Below are positions 55,255-64,000 of a DNA stretch of 64,000 nt, in pieces. The position numbers and the translations under genes were made by a program. Source of the DNA: a virus; IMG/VR virus record IMGVR_UViG_3300022680_000058, positions 1 through 64,000 of that record. The stretch is one strand, 5' to 3'. The notes beneath the pieces were generated by a model. The model had not been told where the DNA came from. It did not search any database and saw only the letters and a list, made by a program, of their open reading frames with translations. Each line of letters opens with the position of its first letter. Position 1 is the stretch's first letter.

Positions 55255-56895
55255 TCAGCGCTGGTTCTCTGGAATACCAGAGAGTTCATCGAAGGCATCA
55301 TCCGTGAGTCCGAAGCCTTCGACCAACGCGCCCGATTGGCCCTCACCGTTTTTGTCTCTCCAGGGCTCCGACGTCCCGTCCCTGAACGGGTTCTCTTCCT
55401 CTGACAGAGCCCTTCTGTTCCCCCGACTCACACGAGAACGGATTCGTTCTGCCTCGTCCTGGTCGAGAGCTCTCGTTCGTCGAGCACCAAAGGATCTGAT
55501 GACCCTTTCGGCGCCATCGATATCTGTGATCCCCTCACAGAGATCCACGACCTCTTCACCTTGCGGGTGTGCCGTCTGGACCCCTCTGAGGTACGACTCG
55601 ATCTGAATCGTCTCTGCAATCTGGATGGCCTCCTTCAGCTTCGACTTGGCGTGGTCCGCCTCCTCAGTCGCTTTCGAGAGCTTTCCCTCCAGATTTGCGA
55701 TCCTCTCACGGAGCTTGGCTTCGATGTCATCAGGTTCGTCATCCTCAGTCTTTGCCGAAGAGAGTTCGCCCTGAATAGCCTCAATCCGCTCGTCAATCTC
55801 GCTGACGTTTTTGAACGACTTCACATCTCCCACGAGCTTGACGATGGTGTCCCTTGAAGGGTCTCCACTCAACTTCCGCTCCATGTGGAGTCTGTATGTC
55901 GCCTCTTTCGCCACCTCAGCCATTTCGGCGTACTTCTTTTCCGCCGCCTCGACCTCCAACTCCTTGTCAGAGACCCTCTTTTCGAGCTCAGAAACCTTGC
56001 CCGACTGGTCATCCGCTCCATCACCTGTCGGAGTCGACGACGCGAAACTCGTGACGAGCCCAGCAATCTGCTCCAACACCTGGATGGCGCCACCGACCTC
56101 CGGGTCGTTCAGTAGTTCCTGTCGAACCCTCGTCTCGGCAGCCTCATCGAGCTTTTCGATCTTGCGAAGGAGTTCGTTCGAGAGCTGCTCCCTGACCTCC
56201 TCCTCGATCAGAGCACGCTCGGGAGACTCGACGTCTTCCCTGATCGGCTCCCCATCACCATCTGCCAGCGGACAGCCACAGCCCTCTCTGAGAGCCGCTG
56301 CTGCGAATTCATCCGCGAGACCTGGGTAGTCACGCTTGAAGGACTCCAAGGTGAAGTCTCCGTCACCTGGGACCTTCTCGATCTCTTCCTGGAAGACCTT
56401 GGGGTATGCAGTCTTTGTCGCTGGGTCTGCCACGAAGTCAAAAGTGTCCAGTCTGAAATCTTCCTGAACCTCCATAATCCCATTCGGGAGCGCCTTCGTG
56501 GAACCGAAACCTCGGCTACTGACACCGACCTTGGCCCCCGCCTCGGCCAGGGTCTTCATGATGCGACCCATAGGAGTGTCGAGGAGCTCAGCCTCCCCAA
56601 TGACTGAGTTCCCCTCAACACGAAGATTCGTGAGCAAGTGACTGACACGTTGAAGCTTGGTTCTTCCGTCAGCCGGATGATCGAGCTCTCCGAACGCCCT
56701 GCGATCTCTCATCGCCTCAGACAGTCGCCCGATCTCACGCCGCCAAAGATGCTCTCTGTAGAGACGCTTGTTCTCGGTTGGCTTATCAGACCTGGCGAAT
56801 TCGCCCTTCATGACGAGCTTGTGAGGCTTTGATGAGTCTGCCGACTCCTGCAAAGCACACGAAAACGTCATGGTGTCGATGAGCAGCTCAGCCAT
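55255..56895 (-). CDS. prohead protease (gp21-like) fused to scaffold coiled coil
   Basis: N.RLY, GELDHP, VSH, GVSSRG.GS, DFVADP, then about 370 aa of E-rich coiled coil. Confidence 0.9.
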   Translation of the reverse strand: MAELLIDTMTFSCALQESADSSKPHKLVMKGEFARSDKPTENKRLYREHLWRREIGRLSEAMRDRRAFGELDHPADGRTKLQRVSHLLTNLRVEGNSVIGEAELLDTPMGRIMKTLAEAGAKVGVSSRGFGSTKALPNGIMEVQEDFRLDTFDFVADPATKTAYPKVFQEEIEKVPGDGDFTLESFKRDYPGLADEFAAAALREGCGCPLADGDGEPIREDVESPERALIEEEVREQLSNELLRKIEKLDEAAETRVRQELLNDPEVGGAIQVLEQIAGLVTSFASSTPTGDGADDQSGKVSELEKRVSDKELEVEAAEKKYAEMAEVAKEATYRLHMERKLSGDPSRDTIVKLVGDVKSFKNVSEIDERIEAIQGELSSAKTEDDEPDDIEAKLRERIANLEGKLSKATEEADHAKSKLKEAIQIAETIQIESYLRGVQTAHPQGEEVVDLCEGITDIDGAERVIRSFGARRTRALDQDEAERIRSRVSRGNRRALSEEENPFRDGTSEPWRDKNGEGQSGALVEGFGLTDDAFDELSGIPENQR

Positions 56896-56903
56896 TTCAA
56901 CTC

Positions 56904-57122
56904 CTACCGGGACCTGATTTCTCCAGAACGATACTGGCTCCTAGCCAGTAGGTCACCGAGACGCTTCTTGGGTCTTTTCCGCTTCGGGACAATTTTCTTC
57001 TTCCCCTTAGCCTCGAACCCAATCCTGTCTCTGACCGTCCCTCCAAGTCCAAGGATGTCCCGTCGGCGACTCCGATGTTTCAGCTTGTTGGCTTCCAAGA
57101 GCCACCGAACGGGAATCCACAC
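56904..57122 (-). CDS. small very basic protein
   Basis: GAGG RBS, GTG start, MWIPVRWLLE| then R/K-rich. Confidence 0.55.
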   Translation of the reverse strand: MWIPVRWLLEANKLKHRSRRRDILGLGGTVRDRIGFEAKGKKKIVPKRKRPKKRLGDLLARSQYRSGEIRSR

Positions 57123-57130
57123 CTCACGCC

Positions 57131-58171
57131 CTACTCGCCGTCGTCGTCGAAGAAATTGATCCCGGAGAAGTCTTCGTCATCTCCGTCGTCGATATCCTCG
57201 TCCTCATCGATCTGGGTGTCGTCGTCGATGTCCTCATCCTCATCGAGGAATTCATCATCTTCGTCGTCATCCACATCTTCGAGAAGACCGTTCTCGATAC
57301 CCATCCCGATCGACTCGTGAAGACTGGGTTGCCCCAAATCCTCGTGAGCCGCCATGGCCTTGCTGACACCTTCGAGGAGCCCATTGAGCTTCTCTTCGAT
57401 GGACTCGCTGAGCTCCCCACCGTTGGCTTCGATCTCCTCGGAGATGGTGGCGCCGGTGTCGCTCATCGTGTAGAGCATGTCGGCGATGCTCTGATCACCG
57501 ATGGCCTCGAAACACTCGCCAAGGAGGTGAGCCAGATACCCGGCATTGAGAGCAGCATCCTCATACTCACTCACATCGCCCGTGTTGGTGCTGGTGCTCT
57601 CCAAATCTTCCTTGAGCTGAGACAGCCGATCGCTCGCCTGGATGTTGACACTCTCCTGACGGACGATGAAACCCTTCTTGGTCTTGCCCTTCCGCATCTT
57701 GCGGCGCTTGGCGATCTTGCTCTTGAACCGCTTGCGGTAGAGTCGAGAGGCAGCCTTGAGAGCTCCCCTCTTCTTTCGACGCGCAGCCTTCTCCTTCCGG
57801 AGTTGCTGCTTCGACACCTTGACCATCTTCCCGGAGGCGTCCATCCGATAGCCCTTCTTGCGACGCTTCAGGGCTTCGTCCATGGTCTCGGGCTCTCCGT
57901 CGATGTCCTCGTCATCGTCGTCCACTTCCTCGTAGACGTCGCTGGGAGCGGAGTCGGAGCCGACCTCTTGATAGATGTCACCACACCCACAATCCTCTTG
58001 GAGCGGGTCTTCTCGAACACCCTCGCCGCCGAGAGGAGCGGTGGACCACTCTTCCACGAGCTTGCAGTTGCGGTCCATGTCACCGATGATTTTGTTCGGG
58101 TCGAGACCGAGGCTCTCGATGTCCTCTTCCAACGGTCGGACTGTTCTGTCTTCGCCGTACATTACCTTCAA
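57131..58171 (-). CDS. prohead core protein (gp67/gp68-like)
   Basis: KKGYRMDASGKMVKVS..KAARRKKR basic block between acidic regions; lies between portal and protease. Confidence 0.65.
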   Translation of the reverse strand: MKVMYGEDRTVRPLEEDIESLGLDPNKIIGDMDRNCKLVEEWSTAPLGGEGVREDPLQEDCGCGDIYQEVGSDSAPSDVYEEVDDDDEDIDGEPETMDEALKRRKKGYRMDASGKMVKVSKQQLRKEKAARRKKRGALKAASRLYRKRFKSKIAKRRKMRKGKTKKGFIVRQESVNIQASDRLSQLKEDLESTSTNTGDVSEYEDAALNAGYLAHLLGECFEAIGDQSIADMLYTMSDTGATISEEIEANGGELSESIEEKLNGLLEGVSKAMAAHEDLGQPSLHESIGMGIENGLLEDVDDDEDDEFLDEDEDIDDDTQIDEDEDIDDGDDEDFSGINFFDDDGE

Positions 58172-58180
58172 CCTCCCTGC

Positions 58181-59128
58181 CTACGCTTGAGGTGTTGAAC
58201 TCAAAAAATGGCTGACGAATTTCTCAGAAAACGCCGCCGCCAGATTCATCTCTCTCAACCTCGAAGCCACACCATCATGAACCCGTCCAAGGCTCATGAC
58301 ATCCCCGCCGTCAGCGACAGCAATCGCACTCTCGACGATTCCAATGGTATCTTCCAGATTCTCGCTGAACTCATGGACGAACTCACCAAAGTCTTCGCCA
58401 AGCAACCCTTCCTCACCGGAAGTCATGTTCTCGTCAAACCCAGACCGCATGACTGATTCTACATCGACATGCATTCGCCTGAGCTCTGAAAGGACGTCAT
58501 CGAGTGAAACCTGGATAGAGTCCCTGATTCGTTGGTCCGAACGGTCCACAGCGGACTCGAAAAGATCGTTGAACTTCGGCTTCGGGAGAGCCCTGTTGGC
58601 GTCCGAACCAACGAACTTTGCCATCGACTCTTCATTCTCCCGAACCGCCTCGATCCAGTCGTGGTCATCACCCATCGCGATCAAGTCATCCTCGACACCC
58701 TCAGCGGTGAACTTCACGCCAGACCTTGCCATCGTGTAAAGAGACTCGATACGGGCGTCCGCCTCATCATCGTTCCCATCCAGGATAGCATCCACGACGA
58801 GGAGTGACTCTACCTTCGCATCGCCACTCAACTCAGAAGCTTCTTTGACCGGGACCTGCACCTGTTCGACAGTCCCGAGCTCCAAGTCACCCGTCTCCTC
58901 ATTCCGAGAAAGCTCGACCTTGAAAAACTCTCCACTCTCGTTGACCACGATCGCGTGCTCAGAGAATGTCCCGATGACACGAATCTCGTCGTCACTGTCG
59001 CCGCCGAAAAGGTCAAGGTTGGAAGACACAGCCTCGTCAACCTCGTTCCTCACAACCTCGAAACTCCCATCGAGGAGTTTCGCCAGTGCTTCGCCGTCAA
59101 CCAATCTCTGTGTAGCCATGTTTCCCAA
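58181..59128 (-). CDS. acidic hypothetical head-module protein
   Basis: 315-aa ORF between portal and core protein. Confidence 0.7.
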   Translation of the reverse strand: MGNMATQRLVDGEALAKLLDGSFEVVRNEVDEAVSSNLDLFGGDSDDEIRVIGTFSEHAIVVNESGEFFKVELSRNEETGDLELGTVEQVQVPVKEASELSGDAKVESLLVVDAILDGNDDEADARIESLYTMARSGVKFTAEGVEDDLIAMGDDHDWIEAVRENEESMAKFVGSDANRALPKPKFNDLFESAVDRSDQRIRDSIQVSLDDVLSELRRMHVDVESVMRSGFDENMTSGEEGLLGEDFGEFVHEFSENLEDTIGIVESAIAVADGGDVMSLGRVHDGVASRLREMNLAAAFSEKFVSHFLSSTPQA

Positions 59129-59192
59129 GCTCTAATTTGAAAGCCTACGTGTAGGGTCTATCGTGTGTCAAGCCTCGTTATTGAACAGAATA

Positions 59193-60983
59193 TCACACAG
59201 CGCCCTGGTCGCGCATCATAGACCTCAATTCATGCATCATTGGGGCAACCTCCATAAACCTCTTCCTGAATCCGGCTTGTTCTTTGAGCACCTTGTCGAG
59301 CTTGTCCTTCCACCGATATTCATCACGTCTGGAGCCATGGTCGAAGTTACGCCGCCAGTCATTCCTCGGAACAGCCTTGATCAACTTCGACAACCTCATC
59401 TCCATCTGCTGCATTTCTGTGAGTTCAGGACTCCCGGCTGAGAGCTCGTCATCGGACAATGACTGAAGAAGCTTTTGCGCCTGAGCATCAATGGCAGCGT
59501 TCGCCAGTGTCTCCTGTCGCTTCTCATCCATGACCTGAAGTGCCTCATCCTCTGAGAACCTAAACAGATGTACGAGAAGCCACTTCGCGCTGACAAACTC
59601 ACCCATACGGGACGCAAGGTCCGCCACAGTGTTCATGACCTCCATCCTGGCGAGTTCCAGAATAGACGATGGGACCGCCATCTTGACCTGGTAGTCGGCC
59701 CTCTCCGGGTCCTTGTTCGTCGCGATGAGATGCACCCGACAAACCTTCCGGTAGCCTCCCCTGATGACCCTCTGAATCCTCATAACAGAGCGAGCAAACC
59801 GAATGTCCTGTGTCGAGAGCTGCCCCTGAACAGCCTCGCCACCATACCCCATATAAATTTGTGGGATCTTGAGAGCAGCTACCAGCTTGTCCCTGTGGTA
59901 GTTGAGGCTCTCAATCTCGGTGTAGTCCGGCCCCTGAATGACATCAATCTCTGTCGTTCTCTTCCCGTCACGAACCCCAATGAAAAAATCTTCGTCATGG
60001 GCCAACGGGTTGTTTCTCATGTCGAGCTGGCCAGAGGAGTTCACAAACTTCTTTCTGGCAAACTGATTCTTCACTCGGTTGACATGAGCTAACCCACGCT
60101 CAGCATCGAGCCCGCCGATATCAACGTAGAATGCGTATCGAGCCGGGGCACGTTCGAGCTTGTAAATCAGGAGCGCATCCTCCAAAAGAGAGAGCCTTTT
60201 CCACACCCACCGTGCAGGGTCAATGACAGCAGAACCATACACACTGTTTGGATGCTTCCCCCTCAACCTCCAATGAACGACCTCCCAATCCTCGAAAACA
60301 GTGATGCCCTGGGAGCTCGTTCTACCGTCACTCAAGAAACTTTTCTGAAGAGCAGGAGATGGACCTCCGCTCCTCTCGGCAGCCAGGGCGTAAAAATCCT
60401 CCATTGTGAGGTTGAAACCCCCACTCATGTCCTGGACGAACCCGAGCAGCAGTCCACGCCTGCTCTCCACGCGGCGCATCGTTGGAGGTGGAAGATAGTT
60501 GATCCCAACAACACCCTCATCCGCAACCAATATCTCACCGAAGCTATCGCCGTACTTACAGAGAGTCCTCGACGCCGCCCAAATGTCATCCTCGATTCCG
60601 AGGTTTTTGTGGAGCATGTCGTTGAGGTCTTCGGCAACGGCCTTGTCTTTCGACTCGACCCAGATCGCCTCTTCACGATCAAGATTCGGTGTACAGGTGT
60701 CGTCTGCATAGAGATCCAGCGCCACCTGAATCTCAGGGTACTGATCCATCTCTTCGTAATCGGTCTGAGCCGCCTGAAGTTGCTGGTCTACCCTGAGGGT
60801 CTCTGCGAGTTCATTGTATCCATAATTGCTTGCCTGAGTGAACGGAAGCCCCGCCTTCTCTACAGATGGGATGCCGCCCCTTCTAAGGTCTTGTGCTGAC
60901 TGTTCTGACGACCGAGCAAAGAAACTTCTGACAGCCTGGCCTGCACTTTTGACGAACCCCTCGAAGAGCTTTTTCTCTGCCAC
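59193..60983 (-). CDS. portal protein (T4 gp20-like)
   Basis: YEEMDQYPEI..ALD, LLEDALLIYKLERAPARYAFYVDIG, EDFFI, ALKIP, DIRFARSVMRIQ motifs. Confidence 0.95.
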   Translation of the reverse strand: MAEKKLFEGFVKSAGQAVRSFFARSSEQSAQDLRRGGIPSVEKAGLPFTQASNYGYNELAETLRVDQQLQAAQTDYEEMDQYPEIQVALDLYADDTCTPNLDREEAIWVESKDKAVAEDLNDMLHKNLGIEDDIWAASRTLCKYGDSFGEILVADEGVVGINYLPPPTMRRVESRRGLLLGFVQDMSGGFNLTMEDFYALAAERSGGPSPALQKSFLSDGRTSSQGITVFEDWEVVHWRLRGKHPNSVYGSAVIDPARWVWKRLSLLEDALLIYKLERAPARYAFYVDIGGLDAERGLAHVNRVKNQFARKKFVNSSGQLDMRNNPLAHDEDFFIGVRDGKRTTEIDVIQGPDYTEIESLNYHRDKLVAALKIPQIYMGYGGEAVQGQLSTQDIRFARSVMRIQRVIRGGYRKVCRVHLIATNKDPERADYQVKMAVPSSILELARMEVMNTVADLASRMGEFVSAKWLLVHLFRFSEDEALQVMDEKRQETLANAAIDAQAQKLLQSLSDDELSAGSPELTEMQQMEMRLSKLIKAVPRNDWRRNFDHGSRRDEYRWKDKLDKVLKEQAGFRKRFMEVAPMMHELRSMMRDQGAV

Positions 60984-60994
60984 GACTCCACCAC

Positions 60995-63900
60995 CTAACT
61001 TCTGAGAAACGGCAACGATCCGCCTGGGGCCTTCTTCTGGGGTCCGCTCTTCTTGCGGTCTCCATGGTCATCCTTCTTCACGAGAATCATACCGCCAGTC
61101 ACCCAGGAATCATCCTCTTTGTTCATATCGGGCGACTCTCTGGAACTCGACACCATGTCCACAGGGCGCCCAGGAGCCTTCTTACTCAGAGAATACACGA
61201 CACCAGCGATCGAGTCAGCCACGTCCTTTGACCCTGGTGTCCCATCCGGGTTTCGCTTTGGGTGGTCAATCTTGACCTTCCCGCCCCGCTTCGGAACTCG
61301 CTGTAGATATCTGAACTCTTGCAAGGCGATAGGGTTCGGCGCCATCCGGAAACGACCTTCATAGATGGCTGCCTTCAATGTGTCGTATGGCTCGGTTGTC
61401 CTGTCAATCGAAACGACTTCAGCCTCGATCCCATGCTTGTTGAATTGCTGGATCGTATCAGCACTCTGGAACTGGTCGAGAGAGCTGTAGGAAACCATGA
61501 ATCCATGACCCATAAATTGATAAACGATCCCACGCAGATCAGCCAACATGATCTCGTCACCTGGCGGTGGGATAACACGAAGGACAAGATCTGCTTCCAT
61601 GCGAGGGGCCAGCTCGTTGTACTCCTCGCCGTAAGCATCCTTCCGAACAACCTCTGTCCATCCAGCAATATGACCTATCGTGAGTCCCGCAGAGTCCCCC
61701 GTAAGCGCCGGGTCGATGTGGACGTATCGAACCTCCCCAGGATGCCTCTTCGGGCGCCACGCTTCCTCGTGGACCCCACCAGGGAGCCGTCGCACGAACG
61801 GGTTACAAATCCGGTTCCATTCAATCTTCAACGGAGACCCAGCGACCCACTCAACCACAGGCCCATCACCCTCAAGACCGGCCACTGGGTTCTGTAGTGT
61901 CTCATCCTGACAGTTGTAGACCATCTCAGTTCGGCTCATGTACTGAGATATGACGTCAGTAGCCACACCAGCAACGTCTCTCAAGGCACTATCGATATCC
62001 GCCTCAAATTCACCTCGATAATCCTCTGGAACATCGACGATTTGAAGCCCGAGCTCTCGATACCGTGCCTCATCTTCCTCGTCTCCAGGGCCAAGGATTC
62101 GAGAAGAAATCCGCTCATTACCAACAACAACCTTGAAAAACTTCCCGCTGAATCGCTCCTTGGGGTGGACCTCCCAGGTTGCATACTCCCGGATAAACGT
62201 CATGGGGTCTTCAGATTCTTTAGCCTGGTCAATCCTCTTCTCGATGAACGCGTTGGGGCGCTCCTTCGATGACGCCACAATCAGCACACCTGGGAGCCGA
62301 CCAACCCTCTGGAACCTGGACTTCATTCGCCGAATGATCGACTTGTAGATTTTCTCTCCGACATCGATGAGCACCTCTCGCCCAAGGCGATCAACCTCCT
62401 TGGCCTCACCCATAAAGCTCGACTCATCGATAAACCCAGAGAACACATTGAGGCCGATGATTGCAGACGAACCAGTCGAGCCAGCCACGACCTGAATATT
62501 GTTCGGGAACCTGATTTCGAGCTGCGACGGCGCCTCTTTGGATGGAAAGTGCTCCTGAAAGTATCTTGAGTGACGAATCTTTCCGATCAACTCGTTGATA
62601 ACGACACGCTTGGCCACCTTCTCCGTGACACTCAACATCGCCACGTAGATATTAGACCCAAGGTCAATCCCATACGCCCGTTGAGGATTCCTGAGGCATG
62701 ACATCTGATAAATGGCGTAAGCCATCGCAGTTGTTGAGAAAAAGCTATTGTGAACCACGACGCCATTGACAACAGCGTTACCTGTCGCCGGAACACTCAA
62801 GTCGTAAACATCACGAACACCCCTTGGCTCAACCGACTCAACCCGCTCCCACACGATGTCATCGCTCATGTCAGCGAATCTCCGGAACCTCCCGTGATAC
62901 CCGACCGAATCACACAACCGAACAAACTTTTGACGCCCCATATAGGAGCCCTTACACAACCCAGCAAGCTTGGCCCACTTCTTCTTGTTGTGCAGTCCAG
63001 TCTCTCTTCGGATCTCTTTCAGCTCTTTTGTCGTAATCGGGACAACATCCCAATTCGAGTTCGGCTTCACACTCCTCGCCTGCTTCAGGAGCCGATCACA
63101 CGCCGCCTCTTTCCCCGGTATCTGTCCAACCCTCTCCATGAACAAAATCTGGTTCGGCGCGTCAGCTATCTGAAGCCTCCAGGCATCGAGGTCACCATCC
63201 TGGTTCTTTTTGCGCTTGTAGCTCTTCCGAGCCACCACACCAAAGCGACGGAGGAGATACTGGATGTCATCGATCAACCCCTCAGACGCAAGGCAGATCT
63301 CAATCTTTCGAGGACTCCCCGTGTAGACGTCCCCATCGGTGAACAGCCAACGAAGAAAGAGAGAGAGCTGCTCATCCGACAAACCAAAATACGTATCCGG
63401 TACCCTTTTTACTTTCGACAGGCATCTGATACCAAGAGTGTCAGTCCACTCTGTCAATCCCCTAAGGCTGATCGTAGGCTTCCCATCTGTGGTCGGGCTC
63501 GCCCCATCAAACCCAGGAATCGATCCAGCATGCTTGACGACTTCTGCTCTAAGATTCGGGTCACCTTTGGTGTACGTCGTCCGCGCCCCTGTCATGCTTC
63601 CGTCAGCGATGAGAGCCGCCGAGACGACCACTTCATCGTCTGAGATTTCGAGCTCTCTCTGAGGGGCTGGGACGCGACGAGCTACAGCTACCAAATCACC
63701 CTCTTCAAGAGCAGAGACATGACGATACCCATCCGGGCACAACACCGGGTGATCAAGGCTCGCATCGAGGTGCTGACCTGAGACCAGCTTCATCCTGGCA
63801 CATTCTTTTCGACCAGACTTCCATACCCGATTCGACCTCTCATGGGCAATTGATTGCCCACCAAATGACGGAACTGATGGTGTCTTCCCAACAGCTTGAC

Positions 63901-64000
63901 CAATCGTCATCCTTGTGCCAGAATCTGAATCTACGAAAAAACTCAATGATTCTAGGCACTTCCCCCACCCAATGCTGCCTCCGAGCAATGCCTCTTGGTA
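60995..64000 (-). CDS. terL: terminase large subunit (5' end outside window), intein-containing
   Basis: Walker A GSIGWGK/S, Walker B FIDE, nuclease HIDPA..D and KDVADS; frame open to the window edge. Confidence 0.9.
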   Translation of the reverse strand, partial: YQEALLGGSIGWGKCLESLSFFVDSDSGTRMTIGQAVGKTPSVPSFGGQSIAHERSNRVWKSGRKECARMKLVSGQHLDASLDHPVLCPDGYRHVSALEEGDLVAVARRVPAPQRELEISDDEVVVSAALIADGSMTGARTTYTKGDPNLRAEVVKHAGSIPGFDGASPTTDGKPTISLRGLTEWTDTLGIRCLSKVKRVPDTYFGLSDEQLSLFLRWLFTDGDVYTGSPRKIEICLASEGLIDDIQYLLRRFGVVARKSYKRKKNQDGDLDAWRLQIADAPNQILFMERVGQIPGKEAACDRLLKQARSVKPNSNWDVVPITTKELKEIRRETGLHNKKKWAKLAGLCKGSYMGRQKFVRLCDSVGYHGRFRRFADMSDDIVWERVESVEPRGVRDVYDLSVPATGNAVVNGVVVHNSFFSTTAMAYAIYQMSCLRNPQRAYGIDLGSNIYVAMLSVTEKVAKRVVINELIGKIRHSRYFQEHFPSKEAPSQLEIRFPNNIQVVAGSTGSSAIIGLNVFSGFIDESSFMGEAKEVDRLGREVLIDVGEKIYKSIIRRMKSRFQRVGRLPGVLIVASSKERPNAFIEKRIDQAKESEDPMTFIREYATWEVHPKERFSGKFFKVVVGNERISSRILGPGDEEDEARYRELGLQIVDVPEDYRGEFEADIDSALRDVAGVATDVISQYMSRTEMVYNCQDETLQNPVAGLEGDGPVVEWVAGSPLKIEWNRICNPFVRRLPGGVHEEAWRPKRHPGEVRYVHIDPALTGDSAGLTIGHIAGWTEVVRKDAYGEEYNELAPRMEADLVLRVIPPPGDEIMLADLRGIVYQFMGHGFMVSYSSLDQFQSADTIQQFNKHGIEAEVVSIDRTTEPYDTLKAAIYEGRFRMAPNPIALQEFRYLQRVPKRGGKVKIDHPKRNPDGTPGSKDVADSIAGVVYSLSKKAPGRPVDMVSSSRESPDMNKEDDSWVTGGMILVKKDDHGDRKKSGPQKKAPGGSLPFLRS
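62747..63958 (-). mobile_element. intein with LAGLIDADG homing endonuclease (404 aa)
   Basis: GK|CL start, block B LDHP, ALIADG and WLFTDG motifs, VYDLSV..VVHN|S end. Confidence 0.92.
63843..63860. repeat. dispersed palindrome copy 6 (inside the intein)
   Basis: TGGGCAATTGATTGCCCA. Confidence 0.9.

Noticed and set aside
1-64000. CRISPR array, tRNA genes, diversity-generating retroelement, alternative genetic code
   Set aside because: I saw no regularly spaced repeats, cloverleaf/T-loop signatures, reverse transcriptase or adenine-variant repeat pair. Long genes read through cleanly in the standard code.

Overview
This window is the virion morphogenesis region of a large tailed bacteriophage with a contractile tail, and almost all genes lie on the - strand. 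Read right to left, it has a T4-like head module: large terminase with a LAGLIDADG intein in the Walker A loop (gene runs off the window end), portal, prohead core protein, fused protease-scaffold, gp23-like major capsid protein and neck proteins. A tail module resembling extracellular contractile injection systems (eCIS) follows: sheath, two tube paralogs, a chaperone with a -1 frameshift, tape measure, hub, spike, gp25, baseplate J and fibres/tailspikes. Lysis-like genes (holin, spanins) and small hypothetical genes lie at the left end. Three things are not explained by standard annotation. (1) A roughly 450-nt, highly structured non-coding RNA candidate has its own sigma70-type promoter and terminator (30779-31228, - strand). 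(2) About ten unrelated small or basic proteins share modular N-terminal tags: an MD[IV]xx[VI]NxxLxxAIxx[FL]QE leader and/or a post-Glu A-x-A-x-G-x-T-S-[YF]-x-V-x-x-P motif. This suggests an addressing system for capsid-packaged cargo proteins. (3) The palindrome GGCAAT-NN-ATTGCC recurs six times across the window, including inside coding sequence and inside the intein. All family assignments are by eye from motifs and synteny; no database search was run.
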